Source: Eledone cirrhosa
Lineage: Eukaryota
NCBI GenBank assembly: GCA_964016885.1
Contig: OZ024740.1
Location: 367,164,001-367,228,000 of the forward strand
DNA length: 64,000 bases
Reading direction: 5' to 3'
Below are positions 27,436 to 39,898 of the stretch, in pieces (positions within the stretch are counted from its first letter, which is position 1; each line of letters begins with the position of its first letter). A program made the translations under genes and the position numbers. The notes below the pieces were generated by a model. It was not told where the DNA came from. It was given only the letters and a program-made list of their open reading frames with translations, and did not search any database.

Positions 27436-27939
27436 TACCTCATTTTACTAGTCTCAAGAACGCGTCTACACGACGTGAGAAAGAATCCCAAAAGGCGGAG
27501 GGGGAGATAGTCACGCGATATAACGGTCGAGAAACAGAGCTAAGCCTCTTATAACCCCGAAGAAAATACCACAGAGGCGGAGGGGGTATTTATCACCCTT
27601 AACTCATGGTTGGGTGTGGATGCATTCATGTATATGTGTGTGTCCGCATGTATCTGTGTGTTTCTAAATATATTGTTAATAACTCCCTCTGGTTGAGTAA
27701 TCTTTGAAGTGTGGTGGCTGCTGGAAAGCTGCCATTACTCATACTTCTCGCCTCCTTCACCACCTCTTCTACGGCTTCGATATAAATACCCCCTCCGCCT
27801 CTGTGGTATTTTCTTCGGGGTTATAAGAGGCTTAGCTCTGTTTCTCGACCGTTATATCGCGTGACTATCTCCCCCGCCGCCTTTTGGGATTCTTTCTCAC
27901 GTCGTGTAGACGCGTTCTTGAGACTAGTAAAATGAGGTA

Positions 27940-28029
27940 TCCTCTTGATAAGTCGGCAGACCTCGCAGGGACTCTATATCTTTATGATGTATTGTTTTTG
28001 TTTATGCCACGAAACTACGTAGTCGAGGA
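27940..28029 (+). ncRNA. Type-I hammerhead ribozyme, U3-A8 variant (GUC site, cleavage predicted after 28024)
   Basis: TCCTC-TTGATAA-GT(C)GGCA..TGCCAC-GAAA-CTACGTAG-TC-GAGGA. Confidence 0.82.
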
Positions 28030-28099
28030 ATCTAGGGAGCAGTTTAGGTATGATACATTTTATTACTAATTATATCTAAATGTTTCTTCTCTCTTCATA

Positions 28100-28134
<35 letters not shown>

Positions 28135-28147
28135 CGTGTGTGTGTGC

Positions 28148-28233
<86 letters not shown>

Positions 28234-28498
28234 ACATATCGATAACTACTCCAGCAGAGTAGATGATATCCAACACCATATCGCAATGTTTCGTACACAG
28301 GCCGCATACCCACGTAAGATATTGTACGATAACGTCACTTTCACACACATTTCAGGAATTCCCTCACTGGATTTCTTTAGACATCAACATACATATGTAA
28401 AGGATGGACATAAACCTCATTCCCCGCACAAGTAAAAGGGATTACAAATGTCGCAGGAAGTCGTCTTTCTACCCCTGAGAGAATAATATATATATGTA

Positions 28499-28580
<82 letters not shown>

Positions 28581-28581
28581 T

Positions 28582-28650
<69 letters not shown>

Positions 28651-28651
<1 letters not shown>

Positions 28652-28853
28652 ACGAAGGAGTTGTAGTAAGGAATCAGTTGGACCATAACGCACCAGAGTA
28701 CTCAATACTTAGGGTAGTAGAGTGGGTAATAGGAGAAAGTATGTCCCCGACGGCAGAGCTCAAGCCGTTTCGACGGCTATTATATTCCACTTTAGTCCAG
28801 AAATAGCCGTCGAAACGACTTGAGCTCTGCCGTCGGGGTCATACTTTCTCCTA
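28651..28853. mobile_element. Short hairpin-ended (TA)n-inserted element
   Basis: ~80-bp unique end plus an inverted repeat ~28729-28781 / 28802-28853. Multiple copies in the window. Confidence 0.8.
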
Positions 28854-29591
28854 TATATATATACGTATATATATATAAAGCAATTAGTTATTTAAACTTT
28901 AATCTGCTCTTATATATATATATATATATACATAACGAAATTTTAGACAAGGATTATTATTAAAGTATTTAATAGATTCACGAACATCTCGTTAAACTGA
29001 TAGGAATTAATGGTCGATTCCTGCAAGAATATCTCATTAGAATCAATTAAATACAAGTAATTTACTTTACATGTTTTAAAGAACCAGTGGGAGAAAAAGA
29101 AAGCGATAAATAATACCGTTTAAATATTGTAAGAGAAACGTTAGAATTATGGAAGCCTAAATAGCAATTAAAATTTATAAATGATAAAATATTTACGTTT
29201 AATAACTATAGATATTTCACTAACTAATGTATTGTTACAAAAGAATAGCTCTACAATAGATCTAGATTCATGCTATTGAGAATTATAAAGTCTGTTATTA
29301 CTTCGTAAAGGAAATTATAAAAAAAATATTATTAGCATATACTAAAAGAAAGTTAAAAGTTTATGGAAGCATAAAACAGTAATAAATATATATAAAATCA
29401 AAATAAAGGTTATATAACTAAGAAATTTCAATAAGTTAATCAGATCAGGATAGAAAATATAAACTCCTTTCAGAATAAGGCTGGGATATTAATATCAATA
29501 GGGTTACAATTGTATGATAAATAAGAGAACAAAGGCAATAAATTAGAATAATTGTGTTTGCGTGTATGTGTATACGTATATACCCCCCCCC

Positions 29592-29643
<52 letters not shown>

Positions 29644-30147
29644 ATGTGTGTGTATATATATATACATATATATTTGTTTTGCAAGGTTTTTGTTATGAAA
29701 TAAACGAAAGCGGAAACCAGTCCAAACCAAACAGTGAGTGTGTTTTATTATATATTTCTGCCAATATTATAACAATATGACCCTCCCCAAATATAACGAT
29801 ATATATATATAGTCGATATGACATAGTAGTCCGAGCTTTGGATGTTTGTTCGAGTCCTCTGCATTCTGAGTTAAGACCTCTTCGAAGACCGTTCTGCCGA
29901 TCATCTTTCGGGATCAATCAAGAAAATTCCAGCTCAGTGCTTTTGCAGCGCACTTTCTTTCCAATTGTCACATATTGGATATTCTGTTGAATCAAATGAA
30001 GGACGGTCTCGCGCGGGAGTCGATGTATGTCTGTATCTGCTTGCAATTGCTTGAGCATCTATATACTTTAGCATGAAACAACCATTTCATACTATCATGT
30101 ATATTAGATTGCGAGCGATGGTTTGTAGCTTGAAGTATATATATAGA

Positions 30148-30343
30148 TATGAAAAAGTGTGACCCCAACGGCAGAGCTCAAGCCGTTTCGACGGCTATTT
30201 CAATCCAGTAATAGCCGTGCGAAACACGGCTCGAACTCTGCCGTCGGGGTCAGACTATTTCCTATTACCCACTCTACTACCCTAAGTATTGAGTACTCTG
30301 GTGCGTTATGGTCCATCTGGTTCCTTACCACACCTCCTTCGTT
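30148..30343. mobile_element. Short hairpin-ended element (same family as 28651, opposite orientation)
   Basis: Sequence match to 28651 and a terminal hairpin. Confidence 0.8.
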
Positions 30344-30991
30344 AAATATATATACATATATATATATCAGTATGTATACGTGCATACATATATGTATACA
30401 TACGTACAGTAGTATGTATATATATATATATACATACATGCACACACATATATATATATATATGTACGTATGGATTCACCGAACATTTATATAGTTGCGT
30501 TTATATATATATATATATATATATATTAGTAGTAACACAACAGTTAGTGCACCATACCGAGAACAACCTTTAGACCGTGGGAGTTTATCTCTTGGGAGAA
30601 GTGACCGTTTCTGCCCATATGTATTCATACTGTTGTTTTTCTTTTTCCGTACAGCCAGACTCAGTCCGAGCTCAATATCTGCCCTTGTATTATTATATAA
30701 CACTTTGTTTAGCTCTACACCTCACTAGTGATTTGAACCTAAACATCGAAAGCTCACGTGCGTAAACCTACAGAAACTTTACATTACCCTCCCTGGATAT
30801 ATATATATATATATCACATACTTTCAACAACAAAATATATTTATATGTCTTTATATCTTTATATATTTTTGATGGTCTGTTCTATACATAGAACACTCGT
30901 TTTTTCCTTTGCTTTCTCTTCAGAACCATCTAACACGTTTATTTTTATTTTTATATATATTTATATATATGTATATATATATATATTCAGT

Positions 30992-31112
30992 GAAGGCGTG
31001 TAGCTGAGTGGTTAGCGAATTGGATTCACAATGTTGAGGTTGTGAGTTCTATTCCTGGACCGGGCGATGCGTTATGTCCTTGAGCAAGACACTTTATTTC
31101 ACGTTGCTCCTT
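30992..31112 (+). mobile_element. tRNA-derived SINE fragment of a second family (CORE-like block)
   Basis: TAGCTGAGTGG A box, GAGTTCTATTCC B box, then TGTCCTTGAGCAAGACACTTT. Confidence 0.75.
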
Positions 31113-31144
31113 CTACCTGGAGTTGCGACCGATAGATAGTACTA

Positions 31145-31178
<34 letters not shown>

Positions 31179-31284
31179 CACACATTTATTATGATGTTCG
31201 GTTTCTTTGTAAACAAACAGCCCGAATTACGCCGTACAGTGTTCGGCAGCCATCGTCGCCCTTTTGTTCAACACTGACACAAGA

Positions 31285-31327
31285 ACGATGTACTAGTTTC
31301 AAGCTTAATAGCTATCGTCAGCATCGT
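31285..31327 (-). ncRNA. Minimal type-I hammerhead ribozyme (GUA)
   Basis: Minus strand: ACGATG-CTGACGA-T-AGCT atta AGCT-T-GAAA-CTAG-TA-CATCGT. Confidence 0.88.
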
Positions 31328-31436
31328 ATAATAAATGTTCGGTAAACCCATACGTACATATATATATGTATGCATGTATGTATATATATACATACTACTG
31401 TACGTCTGTACACATATATGTATGTACGTATACATA

Positions 31437-31475
<39 letters not shown>

Positions 31476-31821
31476 GCATGTATGTGTGTATATATATATA
31501 TATATACGTATGTGATATATGTGAGTGTCTCTATATGTTTTTATATATGTGTGTGTGTGTATCTATATATATATGTGTATGTATATGTGTATGTTTGTGT
31601 GTATATATATATATGTGTTTGCATGTATGTATGTATACATACATATATATATTTTCCTTTTATCAGAATGTGTGTTTGTGTGTGTATATGTATGTACATA
31701 TATGTCTTTTTCTATATTGCTATATATTTTTATTTTTTTATTTTTATCCTGTTATTTTCCAGCCTCACTTCCAATTGTTAACAGATTTTAAATTTTATTT
31801 CATATCTTTTATCCATAACAT

Positions 31822-31893
31822 CTCTATCTGACGAAGATCCAGACGCATATATTATTATTATCGCCTGTGATCCAGAAACCTTTGGTAATGGAG
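31822..31893 (+). ncRNA. Type-I hammerhead ribozyme (GUA)
   Basis: CTCTAT-CTGACGA-A-GATC CAG..CTG t GATC-CA-GAAA-CCTTTGG-TA-ATGGAG. Confidence 0.78.
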
Positions 31894-33441
31894 TAGTTAT
31901 ATTTTGTGTTGTTCACTTTCTAATTATATATATATATATATATAGTATTAATGATACTATTTATGGTTATGTATATACTAAAACCTTTTATAGTTATATA
32001 TATTTTAAACCCTAAATAGTGAAAGACAGTAATTTATTACTATCTTATTACCAGTAAGATAAATAGCTCAATGTAACAACATCATTTGTTTTACAGAGCA
32101 GTTATATAGAAAGTACTTAGACTACATTACACCAATATATAATTAATGTACACTTTAAGCACGGAATTGGTTGTGCTAACATTGTTCTGCATATGGAGTG
32201 CCATCATTGGATAAATGGAAGATTAAGTAATTAATTTATTAACATAAAAGAGCTATATAATCTATATCCTGAGTGCAATGAATTATGTACAGGTGATGTA
32301 TGAGTTATACATTCATGTATGACTTGATGGTCAGATTAGTGTAATTGTAAGTGAGAATTGATCTCTAGACTACCCTAGTGATATTTAACTTTGCCATGCA
32401 ATCAGACATGCAATGACCCAGAGCTTACCAGGAGTCATATATAGAAGTGATTCTAATAAGACGCTGCCAGGTTCTGCGGGTAGACTACACTTACAAAGAT
32501 CATTGATTTGGAGATCTGACTCTTCATGTAGAATATTCGGTTGTGGCACTCTATGATAGAAGGTAATCATCCTAATATGAACACCTTTAGTACTTCTTGA
32601 TAGACTACACTGTAATTTATAGATCAGATACTTAAATTTAGAAATTGTTTATAAGCTTATATGATAGGGACTCATTTGAGACACCATTAATGTACTGTAG
32701 GATAATAAATTTAGCTATAGAAATCAGCTAGTTACCTCCCCTTACGCATTAACTCCCCTTAATCACACACACACTTCCGGAATATAATACGATGTCAACT
32801 CTCACAACAAAAACAACCTGCTCTATAGAATCGAATTAGAGAACGACAAGCTGTGATGTTCTAACATGGTTCACCAGGCACCCAATGTTGAATCATCGTG
32901 GATTGTGTGATGGACATGTAGTCTATAAATTGCGTTTCCTGGATTGTGAGAGTGGTGGTGTGTGCGAGGACAGTGGTGCTGTTTTGCTTCTCATTTGCAA
33001 TATTTTTGATATTTTTGGTGTTTCTCTACACACGGGCTTCTATATCGTACAGGTGTGTGTGAAAAAGGCTTTACCAGTACAGCCCCCATGATGCTCTTGA
33101 TTGCCTGCTTTGACTGCTTGTTTTACATGTAACAATCTGCCGCACTATAATCTTGGATAAATAGGACACGCGTGCATGCCTCACGTGTGACTGTTGCATA
33201 CACTGGCTACTCCAAACTATCCTCTTTCTTTATCTTCGTAAACTGCCAATGTTCTATTTTAATTTTAATTTTAATTTTAACTTTAATTTTGTCCTTTAAT
33301 ATGACTGTAATCTTTGTATGTAAATTGCCATGCTATATTATTATAATGGATGTCAAGCCACTGTGGGTCAATATATACATATGTTTCTATATATCTCTTG
33401 TGTTGAAAAGGACGTCAAGTATGTAAAAAATCACTGAATAA

Positions 33442-33490
33442 TTGCTCCGAAGAATCCAAACCTCGGTTTGGAAGAAACAATTGTAAGCAA
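33442..33490 (+). ncRNA. Type-I hammerhead ribozyme, U4C core variant (GUA)
   Basis: TTGCT-CCGAAGA-A-TCCAAACC tc GGTTTGGA-A-GAAA-CAATTG-TA-AGCAA. Confidence 0.78.
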
Positions 33491-34161
33491 ATACATGATT
33501 TAAACAGAACTTTGATTCATGTACTTTCTATATATATATATATATAGTTCTTCAAACTACAACCATCGCTCGCAATCTAATACTCAATTTGAAACTTTAG
33601 TGGCGAGGGGAGAAGTTGGAGATAAATGGAAGCGGATTTAATAGTCTCATGTTAAAAGATTGTCTTTATGTGTGTGCCTGTTGTTGTGTGTCTCTGTTTC
33701 TTTTTGTGTGTCTCTGTTTGTTATATGTGTGTATGTGATTTTTTTAAATTATATGTTTTGTATGCTTTTTTATGTTGAGGTTGTGTCTTTCTACCTACCA
33801 TGCTCCACCTATTCCCCCAACAACATACTAAACAGCCAATTGCTAAAAATCACAACTGTATTTGTACAGTGTGTGGGGGACAAGTTAGATTAGCTGTAAT
33901 TCCAGGGTTTGTTGATTAGATATTAGTGAATAATAGAGGCTATACTGAATGTTGTTTTTATATGTAATACGATATAATTTCTATAAATGGTGTCAATATG
34001 TCTTGTTTGGTGCGTCTCGAGTAGTCAAGATTTGTTGAATTTCTTTATTTTGAGATACAAACATTTATATATATTTGTATGTATGTATGTATACATGCAC
34101 ACACGCACACGCGCGCACACACACAAACACACACACATGCACACACACACAAACACACACA

Positions 34162-34197
<36 letters not shown>

Positions 34198-34844
34198 CAC
34201 ACACACATATATATGGGAAATAGTTAGGAACAGGTAAACGTTATCAATTCACGACATAAGAAATGAACGAATCAGAAGTCTCGTCTATTTAACGGTTCGA
34301 CTAACTGAAGAATCTCTAAATTAGCTTTCTCTATAAAGTTCCGTACAAATTAACATACACACTAATGATGAAACGGAATAGCTAGAAATGGTAATTAAAT
34401 GCTTGGATGGAGCGATTACCCAGCTTCAAAATTACTGTTAAAACAATGTTGACGGGGGATTAAACACAAATTAGCCCCGTCGAGTAAAATAACGATAATT
34501 TAACGAAAAGCAAACTTTATCGTGGATGTATTACAGGATAAGGAAATAAACTGTTATGATAAACTTCGGTTACTTTATTCACATATATAAAAGCCTTCCT
34601 GCATGCATACTTTAACATCATTAACTCATGAAAACCTCATTAATTTAGCAATGAAATTTGCAAATACAATTATCTCAAACGTTTGCGGAATTGTCACAAG
34701 AGACAGTTTAACAATAGAAACAGAATCAAACAATTTGAAAAATGTATACAAACCCTATTTATTCTGATACGAATCTCTCCAGTTTCGCTACTCCCTTCTC
34801 TCCCTGCTTTCTCTATGCATAAATACATACATCCATACACACAG

Positions 34845-34932
<88 letters not shown>

Positions 34933-35528
34933 GTATATATAAAGAGGAGAAAAAGAGATTAGTGACGGAAATATAACGTTATCATATAACGATGGAAATA
35001 TATAAACGTTTACGATAAAACGATGGAAATAGAAACGTTTATATATAATGATAAGCCGAAACACTCGTAAGCCGAAACACTCGTAAGTCGAAACACTCAT
35101 AAAGCGAAACGTATAAATAAAGATTAATGTAATGAATTTGAAAAGCATAGAGATTTGAAACCGCGTCTATTTGTTTCCTTGGCATTTTTTCAGACGGACA
35201 GACAGACAAACAAACAGAGAAATGCCCATTATATATTATAAATAGACTTGGCATGGTGTCAAGTCAGAACCGCCTCGAACTGGTTACTTCTGGCTTGTGC
35301 AAGGTGTCTCTATAACAACCAGCGATTCCCTCGGCCTCAGTGACCAAAGTCAGTGGAGAGGGGAAGGTAATGTTTCTATAGCGACAGTGTTTCTCTTGGT
35401 AATACAAAGTGGAGAAAGGATGGGGAAGGTAATATTTCTGTAGCACCTACATTTGAGTTTTAGGGAAGGACAGGCAGACAGACAGACAGACATACAAACA
35501 GAGAAATGCCCATATATTTCTGTGTGTG

Positions 35529-35559
<31 letters not shown>

Positions 35560-35706
35560 TACACACACAGAAATGTATATATATTTCTTAGAACAAAATT
35601 ATTATTAATGTTTTGCTGTTCATAACAATTGGAATTGAAAAATTACTTTTGAAATTATTAGTTATTTTACTAATGCTTAGATATGTAAAAATGAAGCAAT
35701 GTTTCT

Positions 35707-35899
35707 AATAATTGTTTCTACTTTTGGTACAAGGCCAGCAATTAGCCAGTACATTACTGGTACTTTATTTTAACTACCCCGTGAGGATGAAAGGCAAAGT
35801 TGACCTCGGCGGTATTTGAACTCAGACCGCAAAGGGACGTAACTCCATGCTATGAATCATGGCGTCCGACTCTCTACAGATTCTGCCAATCCACCGCCC
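35707..35899 (-). mobile_element. Nin-domain tRNA SINE
   Basis: Full-length match to the other copies. Confidence 0.9.
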
Positions 35900-36167
35900 T
35901 AATGTCTGTACGTAATGAGGGAGTGAGAGGGGAGAGAAAGAAAGGCAGAGGTGAAGTGACGAAGTGACTCTCTCCCCCTCCTCCTCCTCCTCCTCCTCCT
36001 CCTCCTCCTCCTCCTCCATCTCCCCATTCGTCACAGCGATAGAGGGGAGGAATGTTAGTGTGTTACAAAGAGAAAGAGTGAGAGTGAGAGAAACAGACAG
36101 ACTAAAAGAGAGGGATAGCTGGAGAGAGAGAGAGATATCAACAGATACAGTACAGTAGCTAAGGGAT

Positions 36168-36482
36168 CTATATATATTTCTGTGTGTATATATATATACA
36201 TTTCTGTGTGTGTAATATATATATACACACAGAAATATATATACATTTCTGTGTGTGTATATATATATATATATATTACACACACAGAATTGTATATATA
36301 TTTCTGTGTGTATATATATATATATATTACACACACAGAAATGTATATATATTTCTGTGTGTATATATATATATATTACACACACAGAAATGTATATATA
36401 TTTCTGTGTGTATATATATATCTTTCTGTGTGTGTATATATATATATATTACACACACACAGAAATGTATATATGTTTCTGT
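36168..36482. repeat. Palindromic ~45-50 bp minisatellite (ATTTCTGTGTGT(TA)nTACACACAGAAAT)
   Basis: About 6 self-complementary units. A related unit lies at 35512-35588. Confidence 0.85.
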
Positions 36483-36993
36483 AGCACTCCTCAATTCCCC
36501 CCTCTCTCCCTCCCGCTATCCCCCTCTTGTAGTCTGTCTCTTTCTTTCACTCTCACTCTCTCACTCTCTCTCTACGCGTGCGCAAAAAACATTCGCACGT
36601 GCGCACGTGTTTCCACTGTCGGACAGACAGACAGAGAAATTGCTGGTTATATATTATAAGGAGATAATAATGAGTATACTCGATGTTGCAGCTGCAAGTA
36701 GCAGATTAGCCTCGATCTTTGAAGACTGTCACAAAGCACTCGATGTGGAGTGATTAATACATTTCTCCTCAGACTGAACACAAGAGGTTAGTTAATAACG
36801 ACATCATGAATAATGCGAAAAGAGGCATGATACCAGATTAATATTACAGCAACAAAAAATACAGATATATCCGTTCACGGCGGAGAGGAGTAAATAGGAC
36901 ACAATAATGAAGTAGAGTTGTAATATTCCTTTTACGAAGGAGACTTGTTACTCTGGAGTTTCACCAGAGTCATCAGACAAAAACTAAGGTACG

Positions 36994-37028
<35 letters not shown>

Positions 37029-37059
37029 GAAATGGGTGAAATCCTTTGTACAGGTAGGT

Positions 37060-38564
37060 ATATTTGAAAAAAGGAAATTAATGACTTCACTTGTAGTTTT
37101 AAATAATTTGATTTAATTTTATAATATTACTAGCAGAATGGCCCGGCGTTGCTCGGGATTTGCTATAGGGTTCTTATATATTTGATATATATTTATCCTT
37201 ATCGAACATCGTTAAATAAATACGTTTGTTTATATTTTGTTATTGTGTATGCAAAAATATCTGTCCATAAATATATAATTATATATATATATTAAAATAA
37301 CAGACTAAAGTTTAAGCAAAGAATCACTGCTTTCACCCTTAACGGGATATTCTACCTAAAAGCAGTATGAAGTACATACACTAAGACTAATTGATGTAAT
37401 CTTTGGCCTTGTTTGTTTACATTTTGTTTTTGTGTATGTAAAAATATCTGTACACGAATATCTATATTAAAATAACATATTAATGTTTAAGCAAAGAATC
37501 GCTGCTTTCAACCTTAACGGGATCTTCTGAAACTAACAAAGTCAATCTGGAAAACAGGAAGACGATACTTTGGTTCGTGAAGACGTTCCCTGGCATAAGA
37601 ATATATATACACACACACACTGATCGCGTCATAATGACGTAATGCAGACAGTTAGGCATACAGACAGATATTATGAAGGCGCGACGTCATATCTATGTAT
37701 CTATCTAAAAAGAGAAAGACTAAGAGAAAGAGAAAGAGATCGCTAACTCATAAGGGAAGCAGACGACATATACACATGTATATAAATATATAAATATATA
37801 TAATAATAATAATAATATATATATATATACGTGTATACAGATACAGACACATATACATATGGCAAACTCACGCACGCATATGTGCACATACACACACTCA
37901 CATGTTAATAGGTTTTACTCTTATTGCAACGCTCACACAAACACACACACACGCACACATGTTAATAGTTATACGTCAGGTATCTTTGACAGTATCAAAA
38001 GACAGCGTCTTTCACTCCCCCCCCCGCTATCCCCCTCTTGTAGTCTGTCTCTTTCTTTCACTCTCACTCTCTTTCTCTCTTTGTAACTTACATTCTATCG
38101 AAAAACGCTGTGACGAATGGGAGAAGGAGGAAGAGGAGAAAAAAGCCACTTCGTCACTTCGCCTCACAGTTTCTTTCTCTCCCCTCTCACTCCCTCATTA
38201 TGTAGAGACATTGGTCACTTCACTAATTCGATCCCTAGGACAGAATAATTTAAAATTTTATTTGCTCAAAACACTTCCGGGGTCATATTTATTACACGTG
38301 TAAAGTATGAAAAACAACCGTTGGGTACTTTTCGAGTTTTAGGGAAACAGACACACAGACATCCTCTGTTTTATATATATAGATAATATTCTGAGTTGGT
38401 AGATCTAATAAGTTCTTTGTTAACTTCGGTGGGAAGAATTTTAAAGATTCCTGGTTAACTTTGTTGGAGATCTTTCTCGCATTCATCGGTGGCGATTGTC
38501 AAACTGAGATCATGTTGTGTTGAGATGCGTGAATTAAAGCACACGCAAACACGTTCACGCACGT

Positions 38565-38611
<47 letters not shown>

Positions 38612-39275
38612 CCAGAACATGGTGAGGTTGACATCAAGATAAGGGTGTTTGAGAAGGTGGTTGTAAACATCCCCTCCTGCCCTGTTTTATTTCATTAGAT
38701 GACCTTTGATAAGTATATAATGGCAGGGTGTTTTTCAAATTCGTCTCTTATAGCTGAATCAACTCTCTTAAATTTATAAAGAATATCTTCTAAAAATTTC
38801 TATATCAAAGATGAATTTAGGTGCGTTGTCTGATGGTGGTGATGGGTTTTAATGAGGTGTAAGTCTTTTGATAAGAATGGGATGACAGTAGAAAGAGAAA
38901 AGAAGGATAGTTTTGGAACATTTGTCAAAAATGTGTTGTTGATATTGGTTTGGGAGAGGAAGTGGGGGGGGGGGATTATATGAAATAAAAGAGTTCCTTA
39001 AAAGACAAGAATATCCGGTGAACATCACCAACACAACCATCTCCAAAGCCCGGAACATCCCAGTGACAACAATGAGAAAAACAATGAGTTGGTAGATCTA
39101 GTAAGTTCTTTGTTAACTTCGGTGGGAAGAATTTTAAAGATTCCTATATATATACTTATCAAAGGTCATCTAATGAAATAAATCCAGCAGGAGGGGATGT
39201 TTACAGCACCCTTCTCAAATACCCTTATGTTGATGTCAACCTCACCATTTTCTGAGTGTATATATGTATGTATAA

Positions 39276-39360
<85 letters not shown>

Positions 39361-39620
39361 TGTGTGTGTGTATGGGTGTGTGTTATGCGTGCGTGTATGT
39401 GTGTGTGTGTGCTTTAATTCCTTCAAATCTTCATCAACACTCATTAACACCACACCTCAGACACATCCAAATCTCTCTTATATATAGGAATCTTTAAAAT
39501 TCTTCCCACCAAAGTTAACAAAGAACTTTCTAGATCTACCAACTCATAATATAATATAAAATTAAATCAAATTATTTAACACTACAAGTGAAGTCATTCT
39601 TTTCCTTTTTTTTGCAAATA
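37060..39620. mobile_element. Complex fold-back element in (TA)n, interrupted by the Helitron
   Basis: 37060-37129 plus 38384-38452 is inverted to 39486-39620. 38530-38720 is inverted to 39148-39420. Block 38392-38452 is directly repeated at 39085-39145. Confidence 0.75.
37130..38383 (-). mobile_element. Non-autonomous Helitron
   Basis: Minus strand starts TC (38383) and ends with hairpin CCCGAGCAACGCCGGG followed by CTAG (37130). Inserted between A and T. Internal tandem duplication ~37225-37350 / 37415-37525. Confidence 0.85.
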
Positions 39621-39898
39621 TATATATATATATATATATATATACGGATTAACAAATAATAGTTAAATGCAGTCCACTTAGGTGAAGTCCAGTTATGGTA
39701 TTCCAGGTAGTGGATGATATTAACGCTTGGCTTGGTTTGACTCAACAAGGCGTTTTCATAGTGATGCTGCGGGTATGCTGTAATTCCTATGTTGTAAACA
39801 CTTGGAGTAATAATAAATCATTGTTCTAATTGAATGCCATAACTACTCCATATTTTCTTTTCTTTTCTTTTCTTGCCTGTGTATTTTCTTCATTCTCG

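Larger units (their letters stand above)
27113..28104. mobile_element. ORF-less interlocked inverted-repeat element (X-Y-X'-spacer-Y') in (TA)n
   Basis: Near-perfect inverted pairs 27113-27188 / 27593-27670 and 27271-27592 / 27781-28104. Confidence 0.88.
34960..36665 (-). mobile_element. Cluster of Helitron-like 5'-end fragments with internal minisatellites
   Basis: Repeated CAGACAGACAGA..GAGAAAT..TATATATTATAA..AGA ends at ~35237 and ~36665 (partial at ~35515). 35900-36120 is inverted-homologous to 38020-38210 inside the Helitron. Confidence 0.5.

Noticed and set aside
27297-28069. Identical ~60-aa ORFs on opposite strands (also 5676-5903 / 5920-6147)
   Set aside because: A by-product of the inverted repeats, with non-ATG starts and no protein motif.
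29810-30135. Possible DNA-transposon fragment
   Set aside because: No terminal inverted repeats or DDE motif seen. Only a ~33-bp match to ~33550-33582, so left unassigned.
30992-31070. tRNA gene (also the SINE heads)
   Set aside because: A and B boxes are present, but the sequence continues into a SINE body with no proper cloverleaf.
35055-35112. CRISPR-like short repeats (GCCGAAACACTCGTAA)
   Set aside because: A contiguous ~14-bp tandem without unique spacers, in a eukaryotic context with no cas genes.
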